This document shows positions 55,070 through 55,730 of a stretch of 55,730 nt of DNA, piece after piece (within the stretch, counting starts at the first letter, position 1; every line of letters starts with the position of its first letter). The stretch lies in the IMG/VR virus record IMGVR_UViG_3300044682_000046, positions 1 to 55,730 of that record; one strand, given 5' to 3'. Position numbers and translations under genes: made by a program. The DNA comes from a virus. Taxonomy: Duplodnaviria; Caudoviricetes. The notes under the pieces are model-generated. The model was not told where the DNA came from and made no database searches. It saw only the letters and a program-made list of their open reading frames with translations.

Positions 55070-55730
55070 CTAAGTTCCCGAAACGCTGTCAAAGCCGCCG
55101 GTGTCGCCGCTCTTCGCCTTGACCATCTTCGCTTGCGCGACCAGTTCCTCGGGCGAGGGCGTCGGCGGCTCCTCCTCGGCCTCGGCAATGTCCGCATTGT
55201 CGATCGCGTCGCCCAAACCGGGGACGTTCTCCTTGACCATCCGAAGTGCGGTTGCACGGTCGATCACGGCCTCGCCGAACAACTGGGCGACCGCGGCCGC
55301 CGTTTGCTGCGCAATCTGCGCGGCCTCGTCAGGCGGAGAGGGCGGCGTCTTGGACAGATCAAGGCTCGCATAGGGCGCGTCCGGATCGGCCGCGAGGCGC
55401 GTGCGCTCCTCCTCTTTGGTAATCGTGTTGTTCGCGAGATGTATGGTCGCCGTTTCGGCCTCGGTCTTGCGAAGAGCCGCGGCGGCGAGTTCGTCAAGGT
55501 CAACGGCCGGCTTGAACGTAAATCCAATATCCGGATCGATCTGGCCGTACATGTCGCACTGGATTACCTGAAGCACCGTCGTCAGCGGCTTGCGAAATAG
55601 TGCTTCCTGATATGCTTTAACCGTTTTACGCCAAGTCAACCGCTCGCCTGAGCTAGACGCATTCATGCCTGACGGCTGTATGCCAAGCAACTCAATCACA
55701 GGAATACGCGAAAGAGAGGCCATATGTTCT
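55070..55730 (-). CDS. portal protein (DUF1073), C-terminal part, truncated by window edge
   Basis: IP...LLG..PSG.NAS..GE...W...V...QE, IDPDI.F.F.P. Confidence 0.85.
   Translation of the reverse strand, partial: EHMASLSRIPVIELLGIQPSGMNASSSGERLTWRKTVKAYQEALFRKPLTTVLQVIQCDMYGQIDPDIGFTFKPAVDLDELAAAALRKTEAETATIHLANNTITKEEERTRLAADPDAPYASLDLSKTPPSPPDEAAQIAQQTAAAVAQLFGEAVIDRATALRMVKENVPGLGDAIDNADIAEAEEEPPTPSPEELVAQAKMVKAKSGDTGGFDSVSGT

Noticed and set aside
55070-55730. Anti-CBASS Acb1 label often attached to DUF1073
   Set aside because: Position and motifs fit a portal; no HxT/S phosphoesterase motifs in the visible part
1-55730. tRNA genes, CRISPR arrays, alternative genetic code
   Set aside because: No cloverleaf or repeat-spacer array seen by eye; core genes are intact under code 11 and use all three stops

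Overview
This 55.7-kb window is almost entirely a tailed dsDNA phage or prophage with a contractile tail, probably of an alphaproteobacterial host (inferred from the PEP-CTERM style, DUF3309 and the IS1595/DUF6471 element). Bases 1-8.8 kb (+ strand) are an early operon: ERF single-strand annealing protein, YqaJ exonuclease, NinB, HNH, DUF5131 and many small genes. From the right end down to about 8.9 kb (- strand) runs a late operon: DUF1073 portal, DUF2213 protease/scaffold split by an antisense GIY-YIG gene, DUF2184 capsid, neck, DUF3383 sheath, DUF3277 tube, -1 frameshifted chaperones, tape measure, baseplate, tail fibre, lysozyme and holin, then many small membrane or exported proteins. 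A 4158-bp IS1595-family cargo transposon (26-bp TIRs, 8-bp TSD) interrupts a phage PEP-CTERM-like gene. The most unusual signal is two large tandem paralogues at 23.9-29.3 kb. They look like the N-terminal half of a DUF3383 tail-sheath protein, but carry Sec-type signal peptides, paired cysteines and a Gly-rich C-terminus. They sit among other fibre- or spike-like genes that also have signal peptides, suggesting an exported set of virion-derived proteins. All family calls come from motif recognition by eye; no database search was run.
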